Source of the DNA: an uncultured Bdellovibrionales bacterium
GTDB taxonomy: Bacteria > Bdellovibrionota_C > UBA2361 > CAYQVO01
Direction: 5' to 3'
DNA: 64,000 nt
Assembly: GCA_964421085.1 (NCBI GenBank)
Contig: CAYQVO010000005.1
Span: forward strand, 54,930-118,929
This document shows positions 8,590 through 17,796 of the stretch, piece by piece (the stretch's first letter is position 1; each line of letters starts with the position of its first letter). The translations under genes and the position numbers were made by a program. The notes below the pieces were generated by a model. It was not told the DNA's origin. It ran no database searches and worked only from the letters and a program-made list of their open reading frames with translations.

Positions 8590-8943
8590 CGTGGGAAGAA
8601 TAACAGCGACGAAAGTCTCCCGTCCGGAGCCGCCGGACTTTTCAAAGAGAATGTCAGATTGTCAGCCTGACCCCGTTCAGGCTCAACGCTTCGTCTGGGG
8701 ACCGAGTCTCTCCATCAGAAGCCTGCCGTGAAATCCCCCGGGAACGGTGATACCCTCCCTCGACGCTGCATCAGGACCCGAATGATTCAAGTCTGACTTG
8801 CCTTGCGTTCCGATCTCTCTGTGTTTCGAACTGTTTTCCACCTGTTCTGTAACTCCCGCGTTGCCTTACCGTACGCAGCAGTCTCTCGCCCCATCGAAGA
8901 GCGAAGGGTGCAGCCGAAGGATCTCCTTCTTCAACCAGTTCGA

Positions 8944-9714
8944 TCACAGCTCCTGCATGCCCGCTTCCAGTGCGGTTGCTCGAGGGCTTTTCTGAGCGGT
9001 TTCAACGTCGGGAAAAACAATTTCAAAAACATCGCAGTTATCGATTTCCAGGACGCCACTTTTCAGTTCGAAGTCGAGAAGATGCCCTCCGCTGTCACGC
9101 CTGTCCGAAAGAAAATGAAAATGGTTTCCCGCGGCGGTGATGCCGTTGAAAAAAGCGGGACTCCTGAAGCCGATCAGAGTTCCCTCGATATCGTTCATGT
9201 CGAAAACGGACTGGTCTTTTATCGCGTCGAGAAGGGGAGGGTATGGTTTGTTCTGCGCAGGGACGCTCCTTGTTTTAACGCGGGCGAAGCGGCCGTGAAG
9301 TTTGACACTGCAGACCCTGTCTCCCCTGCAGTTCTCCGAGAGCAGCGCGTCGAGATCGCTTTTCGATACGGTCGAGGGAAGTTCCAGTGTTATGTCCGGC
9401 TGGAACGCGACAAGCAGGGCATACGGCGCCGAACAATCCGCCTCTTTCGGATATACTCTGCCGTCCGCCTGCACCTGGTAGATCTCTCCTTCGAGCACAA
9501 TCATCTCTCCATCGAGACGATCGAAAGTGCCAAGTCCTGAGTCGCCGCTTTCCGCGAGATGGGAACACGAGAATACACCGTCATATGCTCCTGCCATGAG
9601 GGCGTCCATTGTGCCGAACTGGGCTATCGTGCCGAGGGAAGGGGAGCAGGCGGAGAGACAGGCAGCCGAAAGAGCGGCGAGGAAACGGAGGCTGTGTTCT
9701 GTAATGATCCGCAT
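8944..9714 (-). CDS. alpha-acetolactate decarboxylase family protein with a lipoprotein signal peptide
   Basis: 'GLGTFDRLDGEMIVLEGEIYQ' is the ALDC signature region. The N-terminus 'MRIITEHSLRFLAALSAACLSAC' is a lipobox-type signal. The start was taken at this Met rather than at the ORF-track start. Confidence 0.7.
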   Translation of the reverse strand: MRIITEHSLRFLAALSAACLSACSPSLGTIAQFGTMDALMAGAYDGVFSCSHLAESGDSGLGTFDRLDGEMIVLEGEIYQVQADGRVYPKEADCSAPYALLVAFQPDITLELPSTVSKSDLDALLSENCRGDRVCSVKLHGRFARVKTRSVPAQNKPYPPLLDAIKDQSVFDMNDIEGTLIGFRSPAFFNGITAAGNHFHFLSDRRDSGGHLLDFELKSGVLEIDNCDVFEIVFPDVETAQKSPRATALEAGMQEL

Positions 9715-10003
9715 GAATCTTCCTGCTCGAGGGCGCTTTGCGAAATTCGCAGAGAAATCCTTTTTGAATGGAGTCATGGGGCACGCCGCCTCTCACTCCA
9801 GACGGAAGAACTTCCAGCTGGTTATACGCCAGTCAGGAAAATGAATCCATCGAAATTGGAGTCCGGATCCGTTCAGTCCGACCTTTTGTTAAAAACAGCG
9901 AATGCCCGGCGAAGTTTATCTGGAAATGTTTTTTCGGCTTGCTCGCGGAAATCCTGTCGAATAAATTCAGGAAATCCCGCCTGAAATAGTCTGTGAGGAA
10001 AGA

Positions 10004-11803
10004 ATGCTTCGATCTTTTTCTTTAATTTTCGCCTGTATACTCACTCTTCTAATCACGGGCTGTGGGGGCGGGGGAGACGCTCATACAATAAACATAGTCA
10101 AGGATAACAATCTCGAAATCCCCATGCGGGATGGCGTCACTTTGAGAGGCGACCTCTGGAGAAGTTCAGAAACGCGGCGTTTTCCGGTGATCATTTACCG
10201 GACTCCATATGGGAAAGAATCCGAAGAGGATTACAACGTTCGCACCTTCTCCGCCGCTGTTGAACGCGGATACGCTGTGCTCATTGTCGACGTGCGCGGC
10301 CGCTACAGCTCTGACGGCGAATACACACCTTACAGAAACGAAGGGAAAGACGGATACGACACAATTGAGTGGGCGGCCGTGCAGGAATGGTCGGACGGAC
10401 GGACAGGCACCATAGGACTTTCCTATCCGGGCGCAGTTCAGTGGCTTGCAGGAGTCGAAAATCCTCCTCATCTCAAGGCAATGGTCCCGGCCATGAGTTT
10501 TCCCACCATGCGTCACTTCATTTATTTCGGAGGCGTTTTTGAAATTGCATGGACCGGATGGATTTACAGACATATGACGCCCGACGCGCGGGTGCGTCTC
10601 GGGCTTCCAGGGCCGAAAACATACGACGAGGCAGTCGCGGAATGGGACAGGCTTGGTGAAAGCTCTTTTGTCGATGTGCTGCCTCTGATGGCGATGAGGC
10701 AGTTTGATCAGGCCGCTCCTTATTATTACCAGTGGATCTCTCACTATCCCGAAGATTCCTGGTGGGATGCCGGCGAAGTGCGCGCTCATTACGACAATGT
10801 GTCTGCCGCAGTACTGCATCTTTCCGGATGGCATGACGAGCCGTATGGTCCTCATGGCGCCGTTGAGGGTCTTGCAGGAATCATGGCCGCAAGACAGGGT
10901 TGGGCCGATCCACGAACCAGGATGATCATAGGCCCGTGGCCTCACGGCGCATATGAGACAGAGAAGCCGGAAGCAGCCGATCGCAGATTTCCTGATAATG
11001 CGCGCATCAACTATGACGATACCGTGCTGGACTGGATGGACCGTTATGTCCGGGATATAAAGAACGGCGAAGAAGATAAGCCGCGAGTTAGAGTGTACAT
11101 CATGGGTGACAACCGCTGGGTCGAAGACTCGCAGTTTCCTCTCACGGGAACGCGGTACAGAGATATCTTTCTCTCGCAGGGAGGCGAAGATTCGGCAAAT
11201 CACGGAAGCCTGACCTGGACGCCTTCCTCGCCTGAAGGTTCTCACACATTTACCGCTGATCCTGCAAAGCCTGTGCATGACCGGTATGGATCGAATTATG
11301 GCGCAACTGATCTGAGTTATCTTGCTTATCAGAGCGATGTGCTCACCTTCGACAGCGAAGTGCTGACTGAAGACGTGACAGTTGCAGGGCCGATAAATGC
11401 GGAGGTGTTCGTTTCAACGACTTCGCCCGACTATGATCTCTTCGTCAAGCTCATTGATGTTACCCCTGAAGGAACGGCGTGGAATCTTATGAGCCCCGGT
11501 CAGGAAGTGCTTCGCGCGAGTTACCGCTTTAATGGGAACCCGCGGCGGAATGTCGTCCCCGGGGAAGTCGTAAAGCTGAATTTCAATAATCTGATCACAG
11601 GGAATACTTTCAAGAAGGGGCATAAAATCAGAGTAAACATCTGCGCGTCATGGCACCCGGTGTATTCGAGAAATCTTCAGAGCGGAAAGTCGGAGGTCTA
11701 TTCGGCGGACATACGAAAGGCTGATATTACGGTGCATCATGAACCCGGTCGTCTTTCGAAGCTTGCGCTGCCGGTGCTCGAAAGGAGCCGGGGAGAAAAT
11801 TGA
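10004..11803 (+). CDS. CocE/NonD-family (S15, X-Pro dipeptidyl-peptidase-like) hydrolase, lipoprotein
   Basis: 'MRDGVTLRGDLWRS...PVIIYRTPYGK' is the characteristic CocE/NonD N-terminus. Lipobox 'LITGCGGGG'. 599 aa. Confidence 0.75.
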   Translation: MLRSFSLIFACILTLLITGCGGGGDAHTINIVKDNNLEIPMRDGVTLRGDLWRSSETRRFPVIIYRTPYGKESEEDYNVRTFSAAVERGYAVLIVDVRGRYSSDGEYTPYRNEGKDGYDTIEWAAVQEWSDGRTGTIGLSYPGAVQWLAGVENPPHLKAMVPAMSFPTMRHFIYFGGVFEIAWTGWIYRHMTPDARVRLGLPGPKTYDEAVAEWDRLGESSFVDVLPLMAMRQFDQAAPYYYQWISHYPEDSWWDAGEVRAHYDNVSAAVLHLSGWHDEPYGPHGAVEGLAGIMAARQGWADPRTRMIIGPWPHGAYETEKPEAADRRFPDNARINYDDTVLDWMDRYVRDIKNGEEDKPRVRVYIMGDNRWVEDSQFPLTGTRYRDIFLSQGGEDSANHGSLTWTPSSPEGSHTFTADPAKPVHDRYGSNYGATDLSYLAYQSDVLTFDSEVLTEDVTVAGPINAEVFVSTTSPDYDLFVKLIDVTPEGTAWNLMSPGQEVLRASYRFNGNPRRNVVPGEVVKLNFNNLITGNTFKKGHKIRVNICASWHPVYSRNLQSGKSEVYSADIRKADITVHHEPGRLSKLALPVLERSRGEN

Positions 11804-11832
11804 GTCACTGCTTCAGCCGCGGAAATGAGATA

Positions 11833-11862
11833 CTTGACATTCGATACCCGATACCCGATACT
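11833..11862 (+). promoter_or_regulatory. candidate sigma-70 promoter TTGACA-N17-GATACT embedding tandem 'cgataccc' repeats, ending a few nt before the vapB ATG (possibly leaderless)
   Basis: Read from the sequence; coordinates +/-2. Confidence 0.35.
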
Positions 11863-11868
11863 TGAAGT

Positions 11869-12099
11869 ATGAAGACAACGATTCAGCTGAGCGATCATAT
11901 CCACTCGTTTCTTTTCTCAATCTGCCGCCGGGAAAAGAAGACTCTTGGGGAAAAGGTCGAAGAGCTGGTGCTTCTTCATTACGGTTCAAAAGGAACACCG
12001 GCAACGGACGGAGATATTCCGCTTCTTCCGCCAAGGGCGGACGCAAAGCCGGTCACGCCGGAAATGGTGGATGATATCCTCTCAGGGCTCGAGGACTAA
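11869..12099 (+). CDS. vapB: antitoxin (VapB-like) of a type II TA pair
   Basis: 76-aa ORF ending 5 nt before the PIN-domain gene. Confidence 0.5.
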   Translation: MKTTIQLSDHIHSFLFSICRREKKTLGEKVEELVLLHYGSKGTPATDGDIPLLPPRADAKPVTPEMVDDILSGLED

Positions 12100-12104
12100 G
12101 CCTG

Positions 12105-12563
12105 ATGACGGGAACAGAGCCGGCGGATTTTCCTGATGTAAACGTTCTTATAGCTCTGATGGATTCGTCACATATTCACCATGAGACCGCGCGGAAATGG
12201 TTTCTCGATGCATCGCGGCTGGGATACTGCACTTCTCCCACAACCGAAAACGGGTTCATCCGTGTGGTCTCCAGTCCTTCTTATCCAGGCAACAGAACCG
12301 ATACGCCCGGGCAGGCTCTTGATATTCTGCAGAGACTCGTTTCCAGATACAAAAATCACCGCCTCCTTGCGGAGCATATTTCGCTCAGAGACTCAGCGCT
12401 GTTCGAAGCAGGTTTTTTTCTCGGGCATCGTCAGATTACCGACATTTACCTTCTTGGTCTTGCCTGCTCCCTCGATGTCCGGCTTGTGACTTTCGACAAG
12501 CGCATCCCGACGAGTGCAGTGAAGAATTTCAGCGACAGGAATCTTTTTCTGCTCGCGGAATAA
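12105..12563 (+). CDS. vapC: PIN-domain ribonuclease toxin VapC
   Basis: N-terminal 'DVNVLIALMDSSHIHHETARKWF' is the typical VapC start, with acidic residues later ('DIYLLGLACSLD'). 152 aa. Confidence 0.7.
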   Translation: MTGTEPADFPDVNVLIALMDSSHIHHETARKWFLDASRLGYCTSPTTENGFIRVVSSPSYPGNRTDTPGQALDILQRLVSRYKNHRLLAEHISLRDSALFEAGFFLGHRQITDIYLLGLACSLDVRLVTFDKRIPTSAVKNFSDRNLFLLAE

Positions 12564-12575
12564 CGACGAGTCCGC

Positions 12576-13445
12576 CTACCCCAGCAGTTTTCTCATCGCC
12601 GCCGCTGTCTTCTCAGCGAGCGCAGCATCAGGAAGATTCAGATCCGGCAGTCTCGAGAACGGAATCATCTCTGCAGTAATCGGGCCGTCATACTTGACTG
12701 CGGCAAGGGCGCCAAGCACGCCGTCGAAATTCACATCTCCCTGGAGAAGATCCTCTCCAAATCCGTGAAGCCCTCCGGCGGCATCATTACGCGTGAAGTT
12801 TTTAAAATGAACAGCCTTGATTCTTGTTCCGAGTATCTCGATCCAGTGCTCGGGATAGCCGTTAAGCACGACATTTCCGACGTCGAAATAACTTCCCACA
12901 TACTGCGACTTGAACTGATCGATAAAGTCGCGCATCTCGAAAGGCCCCGTGAGGAACTTGTTCCACACGTTTTCGAAGCAGATATTGATCCTGCACTTCT
13001 CAGCCGATGGCAGGAGCTTTTTGATTGACTCGGTTGCGTTCTCCCACGCCCGTTTATACGGCACGACAGGCCTGGAAGGATCCCATCCTACGTCAACTGC
13101 TCCGGGAACGACCAGAATACTCGATACGCCAAGCCATGAAGCCGCCTGAATATACTTCTGAGTAAACTCAACGGCCTTTGCCCGTTCTTCAACATCTTCA
13201 GCTGAGAGTGAGGTTCCCCAGTAAGCGCCGGAAGCAAGTGTCTTGAGCTGTATGCCTGCATCCTTTGCGGCCTGCGAGATTTGTCTGCACTCCGCTTCCG
13301 TAACGTCGGCCTTGATGGCATCAGGGTAAGTCAGCTCTATACCATCCAGTCCATACGATTTCACGGTCCTGATGGCGTCAAGCGGCGACATCTGTCCGTC
13401 GAACCCTCCGAGGACCCAGTAATTCAATGCTTTGAAATATCCCAT
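12576..13445 (-). CDS. sugar phosphate isomerase/epimerase (xylose-isomerase-like TIM barrel; IolE-like possible)
   Basis: 289 aa. 'GLDGIELTY...' and overall composition are typical of the AP endonuclease 2/xylose isomerase-like family. Confidence 0.65.
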   Translation of the reverse strand: MGYFKALNYWVLGGFDGQMSPLDAIRTVKSYGLDGIELTYPDAIKADVTEAECRQISQAAKDAGIQLKTLASGAYWGTSLSAEDVEERAKAVEFTQKYIQAASWLGVSSILVVPGAVDVGWDPSRPVVPYKRAWENATESIKKLLPSAEKCRINICFENVWNKFLTGPFEMRDFIDQFKSQYVGSYFDVGNVVLNGYPEHWIEILGTRIKAVHFKNFTRNDAAGGLHGFGEDLLQGDVNFDGVLGALAAVKYDGPITAEMIPFSRLPDLNLPDAALAEKTAAAMRKLLG

Positions 13446-13456
13446 GACTTCCTCCT

Positions 13457-14509
13457 TCAGTACTCTACTCTTATTTCACGACCTTCACGCACCGACCGCT
13501 CTTCTGCCTCGACGATGGCGAGAGAATCGACCATCTCCTCGAACGGAATGTACCGGTCGGGCCGTTTGCCTTCGAGAATGCAGCTCAGAATGTAGTCAAG
13601 CTCGACATGCCACCCTGTCGGGAGATCCGCTTTGGCGGGAGCAGGGGTTTCAACCGTGCCGTTGTCATAAATGATCTTGTACCCTGATTCGGACAACCTG
13701 ATTGTCCCCTTCTCGCAGAGAATCTGGAAGCTCATTTCGAACGGAGTTCCTTTCGTCGGAGTCCAGCTGCCCTCGGCGGTTACAAGAGCGCCGTCTCCGA
13801 ATGAATAGCGGGTGAATACATGATCGACCCCCTTGTCTGTGCGAACGCCGGCCTGTCCCCACGATGAGACGGATGCCGGACGGCCGAAGAAATACCTGAC
13901 AAGGTCCGTATCGTGCAGATGGAGATCCAGAAGCGCGCCCCCCGACTTTTCAGCGTTCATGAACCAGTTCTGCCATGCAAAGCCGCTGATATCAGGCGAG
14001 ACTCTCTTGAATGTGGCGCTTATTACCTTGCCCAGTTTTCCTGATTTATAAACTTCATACGCATGTCGGTATTCCGGCCAGTAGCGGACGCACATTCCGA
14101 TTGAGAAGTTGCCTTTTGCGTTCTTTGCGCAGCTCACCATCTCGCGCGCGTCGTCGACCGATCTTCCGACTGGTTTTTCGCACTGGACATGCTTGCCCGC
14201 GTTCAGCGCCGCAACTGCATACTGTCTGTGGAGGTAAGTGGGGACGCAGATGTCGACGAGGTCGACTTCCGGGTCGTTAATAAGATCCATTCCGTCGGAG
14301 TACGTTTTGAGTCTGCTGACATCAACCGGAATGGAATTGTCGTCATTTCCGATATTCCCGACTATTTTGCTCCAGTCCCCTTTGATCTTTGCAGGGTCGA
14401 CGTCTGCAATTGCGACAACTTCCGACTTCGGATTATCTCTGTAGATGCGAAAATGGGTCGAGCCCATGAAGCCAATGCCAATAACGCCAACTTTCACTTT
14501 ACCCTGCAT
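13457..14509 (-). CDS. Gfo/Idh/MocA-family NAD(P)-dependent oxidoreductase
   Basis: Rossmann N-terminus 'KVKVGVIGIGFMGSTHFRIY'. The start is set at the Met before it. Confidence 0.8.
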   Translation of the reverse strand: MQGKVKVGVIGIGFMGSTHFRIYRDNPKSEVVAIADVDPAKIKGDWSKIVGNIGNDDNSIPVDVSRLKTYSDGMDLINDPEVDLVDICVPTYLHRQYAVAALNAGKHVQCEKPVGRSVDDAREMVSCAKNAKGNFSIGMCVRYWPEYRHAYEVYKSGKLGKVISATFKRVSPDISGFAWQNWFMNAEKSGGALLDLHLHDTDLVRYFFGRPASVSSWGQAGVRTDKGVDHVFTRYSFGDGALVTAEGSWTPTKGTPFEMSFQILCEKGTIRLSESGYKIIYDNGTVETPAPAKADLPTGWHVELDYILSCILEGKRPDRYIPFEEMVDSLAIVEAEERSVREGREIRVEY

Positions 14510-14606
14510 TCCAGCCTCCGATAATTCAAACGTGAAGGCTGAATTGTATCGCTGCGAGTGCAATAATCAATGAAAATAGCCACTTTTTCAGGATGCCAGG
14601 AATTCT

Positions 14607-15233
14607 TCAGGCGCCTTCTTTGCCGGCCAGACCGAGAGCCGACATGAGAGCGCGAAGCGGGGATGCTTGAGGCGGCGGAACTTCCGGGACGTCTTTCCGC
14701 TCGGGCTGCGGCGCCGGTCTCTCCGACCTCGGATTGGTGGTTCTATAAGAATAATCGTACCTGGTGCGGCCATAACGATCTCTGGTTCTCCAGGCGTCCA
14801 GCTTTCCTACCGGGTCCCCGCCGCAGCCGCCCCGCTTCTTCGTGAAGCTCACTCTTAACCTTGTCCTGGTCGGCTTTTGCACGCTTATTTTTTCCGCGTC
14901 GCTCAGGCAGATGCCCGACGGCACACGGGGGCTGCTGTGGGACGAACGCGGGATAGTGAGATGCACTTTTTGGCTCACCAGAGAAATTCGCAGACCAAAG
15001 CTCTCCATTTTCTGAAGATCGGCCGGGCTTAACAACCCGTTCAGAAGTTGAGAAACCCTTTCCAGCGCCCTTTCCTGCGGCAGTTCCGCTGATTGTCCCC
15101 CGGTCCTCATTGATGCGCCCTGAAACGGTGCGTATCCATCATTGCCGGATTCAGATAGCGCAGAAACAGCCGGCCTTGAGCCGGTATTCAAATCTGCGGG
15201 TGACATTTGCTTTCCTGAGAAACCTGCCATCAT
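14607..15233 (-). CDS. hypothetical protein, Arg/Ser/Pro-rich low complexity (uncertain)
   Basis: Long ORF with no recognisable motif. Confidence 0.2.
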   Translation of the reverse strand: MMAGFSGKQMSPADLNTGSRPAVSALSESGNDGYAPFQGASMRTGGQSAELPQERALERVSQLLNGLLSPADLQKMESFGLRISLVSQKVHLTIPRSSHSSPRVPSGICLSDAEKISVQKPTRTRLRVSFTKKRGGCGGDPVGKLDAWRTRDRYGRTRYDYSYRTTNPRSERPAPQPERKDVPEVPPPQASPLRALMSALGLAGKEGA

Positions 15234-15355
15234 CCTTTATTCGGCAAAAGAGATGGTTCTGGTTCAGATAATCCCGGAGTGGAGGACAGGTGTTCCTGAA
15301 AATCTCCTGAGGCGCGAAGCGGTTTAAGCTTCGGGACTCTCCGCGCGTATTTTTC

Positions 15356-15775
15356 ATGGAGTTTCGTTCCTGGCGGGTGTATCCTGCCGTCTTCGGAAGG
15401 AGACAGGAGGCGGGCATGAGCGACGGAATGTTTCAGAAAGAATTCAACGACGAAATCTATGCGCGAGACATGGACATAGAAAATCCATGCCCTGAAAGGC
15501 TCGAGATGAGATCGGGCGAGTCGGGCGGCCAGGTGTTCTCAGCGAGGGCCGGCTGGGTATTGAGATGCATTTATTCGGATCTCGAGTCCCTTGCAGCCTT
15601 CGGAAATGACGACGCGATCAGCTATTACGCGTGTTATTCCAGGAAGACTCACGGCAAAGACCGGCTTTTCATCATGCATGAGGAGGGCAGGGCGGCGGAA
15701 CGGGTGGAAATTGTGGACGTCGATGAAATGAAAGATGAGGCCCGGGAACTGATACCCTCCGATTTGAGGGAATAG
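15356..15775 (+). CDS. hypothetical protein
   Basis: 139-aa ORF upstream of the macA-like gene with no recognisable motif. Confidence 0.3.
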   Translation: MEFRSWRVYPAVFGRRQEAGMSDGMFQKEFNDEIYARDMDIENPCPERLEMRSGESGGQVFSARAGWVLRCIYSDLESLAAFGNDDAISYYACYSRKTHGKDRLFIMHEEGRAAERVEIVDVDEMKDEARELIPSDLRE

Positions 15776-15847
15776 AGGCATAAACTGTCGCTTACCCGGC
15801 GCATGTGTTAGCTTTCCATTGTAATAACACTCCCGGGATCCGCTGAC

Positions 15848-17092
15848 GTGATTCATATGAAACGGAAAACTCCCGCTGCTGTCGCGGCGGTAATCGTCCT
15901 TTTGGCCATGTTCGCCTTCTTCCGGCCCGGAAAGGGCTTGATAATCTATCAGTTTACGGAGGTAAAGCGGGGGGACCTCCTTGTATCCATCGGTGCGACC
16001 GGGACCATTGAGCCTGAAGAGGTTGTCGATGTCGGCGCCCAGGTTGCCGGCCGGATCGTTTCGTTTGGCAAAGATCTGAATGGCAAAGAGGTCGATTACG
16101 GCTCTCCGGTGGAAGAGGGAACTATACTGGCCCAGATTGACGACTCGCTTTACGCAGCCGATGTCGCAGTTGATGAAGCCCTGCTCGGGCAGGCCCATGC
16201 GCAGCTTCTTCTTGCCGAAGCCAAACTGACGGAAGCGGATCGGAACTGGACCCGTGCGCAGAAGGCAGGGCCGTCGCAGGCGATTTCACCCACGCTCTAC
16301 GATAACTATAGAGCCGCCTTCGAGACTGCAAAAGCGAATGTTGAGACGGCAAAGGCGTCAATAGCCCAGGCTGAAGCCGCTCTTCTCAAGGCGAAGCGGA
16401 ACCTGGGGTACACAATCATCAAATCGCCTGTGAAGGGGGTCATCATCGACAGACGGGTGAACATAGGCCAGACGGTCGTGTCGAGTCTGAATGCGCCGAG
16501 CCTCTTTCTGATAGCAAAAGATCTGAGCCGGCTCGAAGCCTGGGTTGCGGTGAACGAAGCCGACATTGGTTCGATTCGGCCGGGGCAGGTCGCGACATTC
16601 ACAGTGGATGCATATCCAGGCGAAGTTTTCCGCGGCGAGGTGAGAAAGATCAGGCTTAATGCCTCAATGACCCAGAATGTCGTCACGTACACTGTCGAAG
16701 TCAGCGTGGATAATTCCCGGGGCCGGCTCCTTCCATATCTCACGGCAAATATGCAGTTTGAGGTGAGCAGGCGCGCGAACGTCCTTCTTGTCCCGAATGC
16801 CGCACTCAGATTTATACCGTCAGACGCAGCAACAGAGGTAAGGGGAGGTGCTTCCGCGGCGGAACAGACGTCCGGCGAGATGAACATGAAGCAGTTGTGG
16901 ATGGATAAAGCCGGATCTCTGAAGCCTGTAATGGTGAAAACGGGCGGAACTGATGGAAACGTGACTGAAGTCGAATCGCCGGAGCTTGAAGAGGGAGCAA
17001 GAGTCGCAACGGGAGAAGAGTATCCGGATGAAAAGGAAGGGCAGGCATCCAGGAATCCATTTACCCCGAATATTCGCGGCGGAAGAAGATAA
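15848..17092 (+). CDS. efflux transporter periplasmic adaptor subunit (HlyD/MacA family)
   Basis: N-terminal TM anchor, coiled-coil region rich in A/E/K/Q, beta-barrel/lipoyl-like segments, and a position directly upstream of the MacB-like ATPase. Confidence 0.8.
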   Translation: MIHMKRKTPAAVAAVIVLLAMFAFFRPGKGLIIYQFTEVKRGDLLVSIGATGTIEPEEVVDVGAQVAGRIVSFGKDLNGKEVDYGSPVEEGTILAQIDDSLYAADVAVDEALLGQAHAQLLLAEAKLTEADRNWTRAQKAGPSQAISPTLYDNYRAAFETAKANVETAKASIAQAEAALLKAKRNLGYTIIKSPVKGVIIDRRVNIGQTVVSSLNAPSLFLIAKDLSRLEAWVAVNEADIGSIRPGQVATFTVDAYPGEVFRGEVRKIRLNASMTQNVVTYTVEVSVDNSRGRLLPYLTANMQFEVSRRANVLLVPNAALRFIPSDAATEVRGGASAAEQTSGEMNMKQLWMDKAGSLKPVMVKTGGTDGNVTEVESPELEEGARVATGEEYPDEKEGQASRNPFTPNIRGGRR

Positions 17093-17097
17093 TCAAG

Positions 17098-17796
17098 ATG
17101 CCGCTCATCGAGCTTCGCGATATTTCAAGGACATACCAGGCGGGGGAAGTGCCGGTGCCCGTATTGAAAGGTGTGTCGATGACGATAGAAAAGGGGGAGC
17201 TTATTGCTCTTACGGGAGCATCGGGATCGGGCAAAAGCACCCTTATGAATATAGTCGGCTGTCTCGATCGCGCCGACGACGGCGACTACTTCCTGGAAGG
17301 AAACGAGGTGTCGAAGCTGAGCGCCGACGACCTTGCCCACATAAGGAACAGAACAATAGGCTTCGTCTTTCAGAACTTCAATCTCCTGCCCCGGATGAGC
17401 GCGCTTGATAATGTGATGATGCCGCTTTCTTATTCGCCGGGCGGAGGGCTTGACCGGGAATCAAGGGAGAAAGCTGAAGCGATGCTTGTTCTTGTGGGAC
17501 TCGCCGACAGAATGAAGCACGAACCTTCGCAGCTTTCAGGAGGCCAGCAGCAGAGAGTGGCGATTGCGCGCGCTCTTATCAACAACCCCCGGATCATTCT
17601 CGCGGATGAACCGACCGGAAACCTCGACTCGAGAACAAGCGCCGATGTGCTTGCAATGTTCAAGCGCCTGAACAGGGAGGAGGGGATTACTGTGCTTCTT
17701 GTGACCCATGACACAGACGTTGCTTCCAGCGCGGAGCGGATCGTAAGAATCCGCGACGGCCTGATTGAACACGGCCAGGAGGAGGGATCGAAATGA
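17098..17796 (+). CDS. ABC transporter ATP-binding protein (MacB/LolD-type)
   Basis: Walker A 'GASGSGKST', signature 'LSGGQQQRVAIARAL' and Walker B 'ILADEPTGNLD'. Confidence 0.85.
   Translation: MPLIELRDISRTYQAGEVPVPVLKGVSMTIEKGELIALTGASGSGKSTLMNIVGCLDRADDGDYFLEGNEVSKLSADDLAHIRNRTIGFVFQNFNLLPRMSALDNVMMPLSYSPGGGLDRESREKAEAMLVLVGLADRMKHEPSQLSGGQQQRVAIARALINNPRIILADEPTGNLDSRTSADVLAMFKRLNREEGITVLLVTHDTDVASSAERIVRIRDGLIEHGQEEGSK

Noticed and set aside
8803-9540. 245-aa plus-strand ORF
   Set aside because: Overlaps the minus-strand acetolactate decarboxylase gene, which carries the clear 'GLGTFDRLDGEMI' signature.
10166-11278. 370-aa minus-strand ORF
   Set aside because: Antisense to the CocE/NonD hydrolase gene. 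Composition is Arg/Cys-rich, which is typical of spurious high-GC frames.
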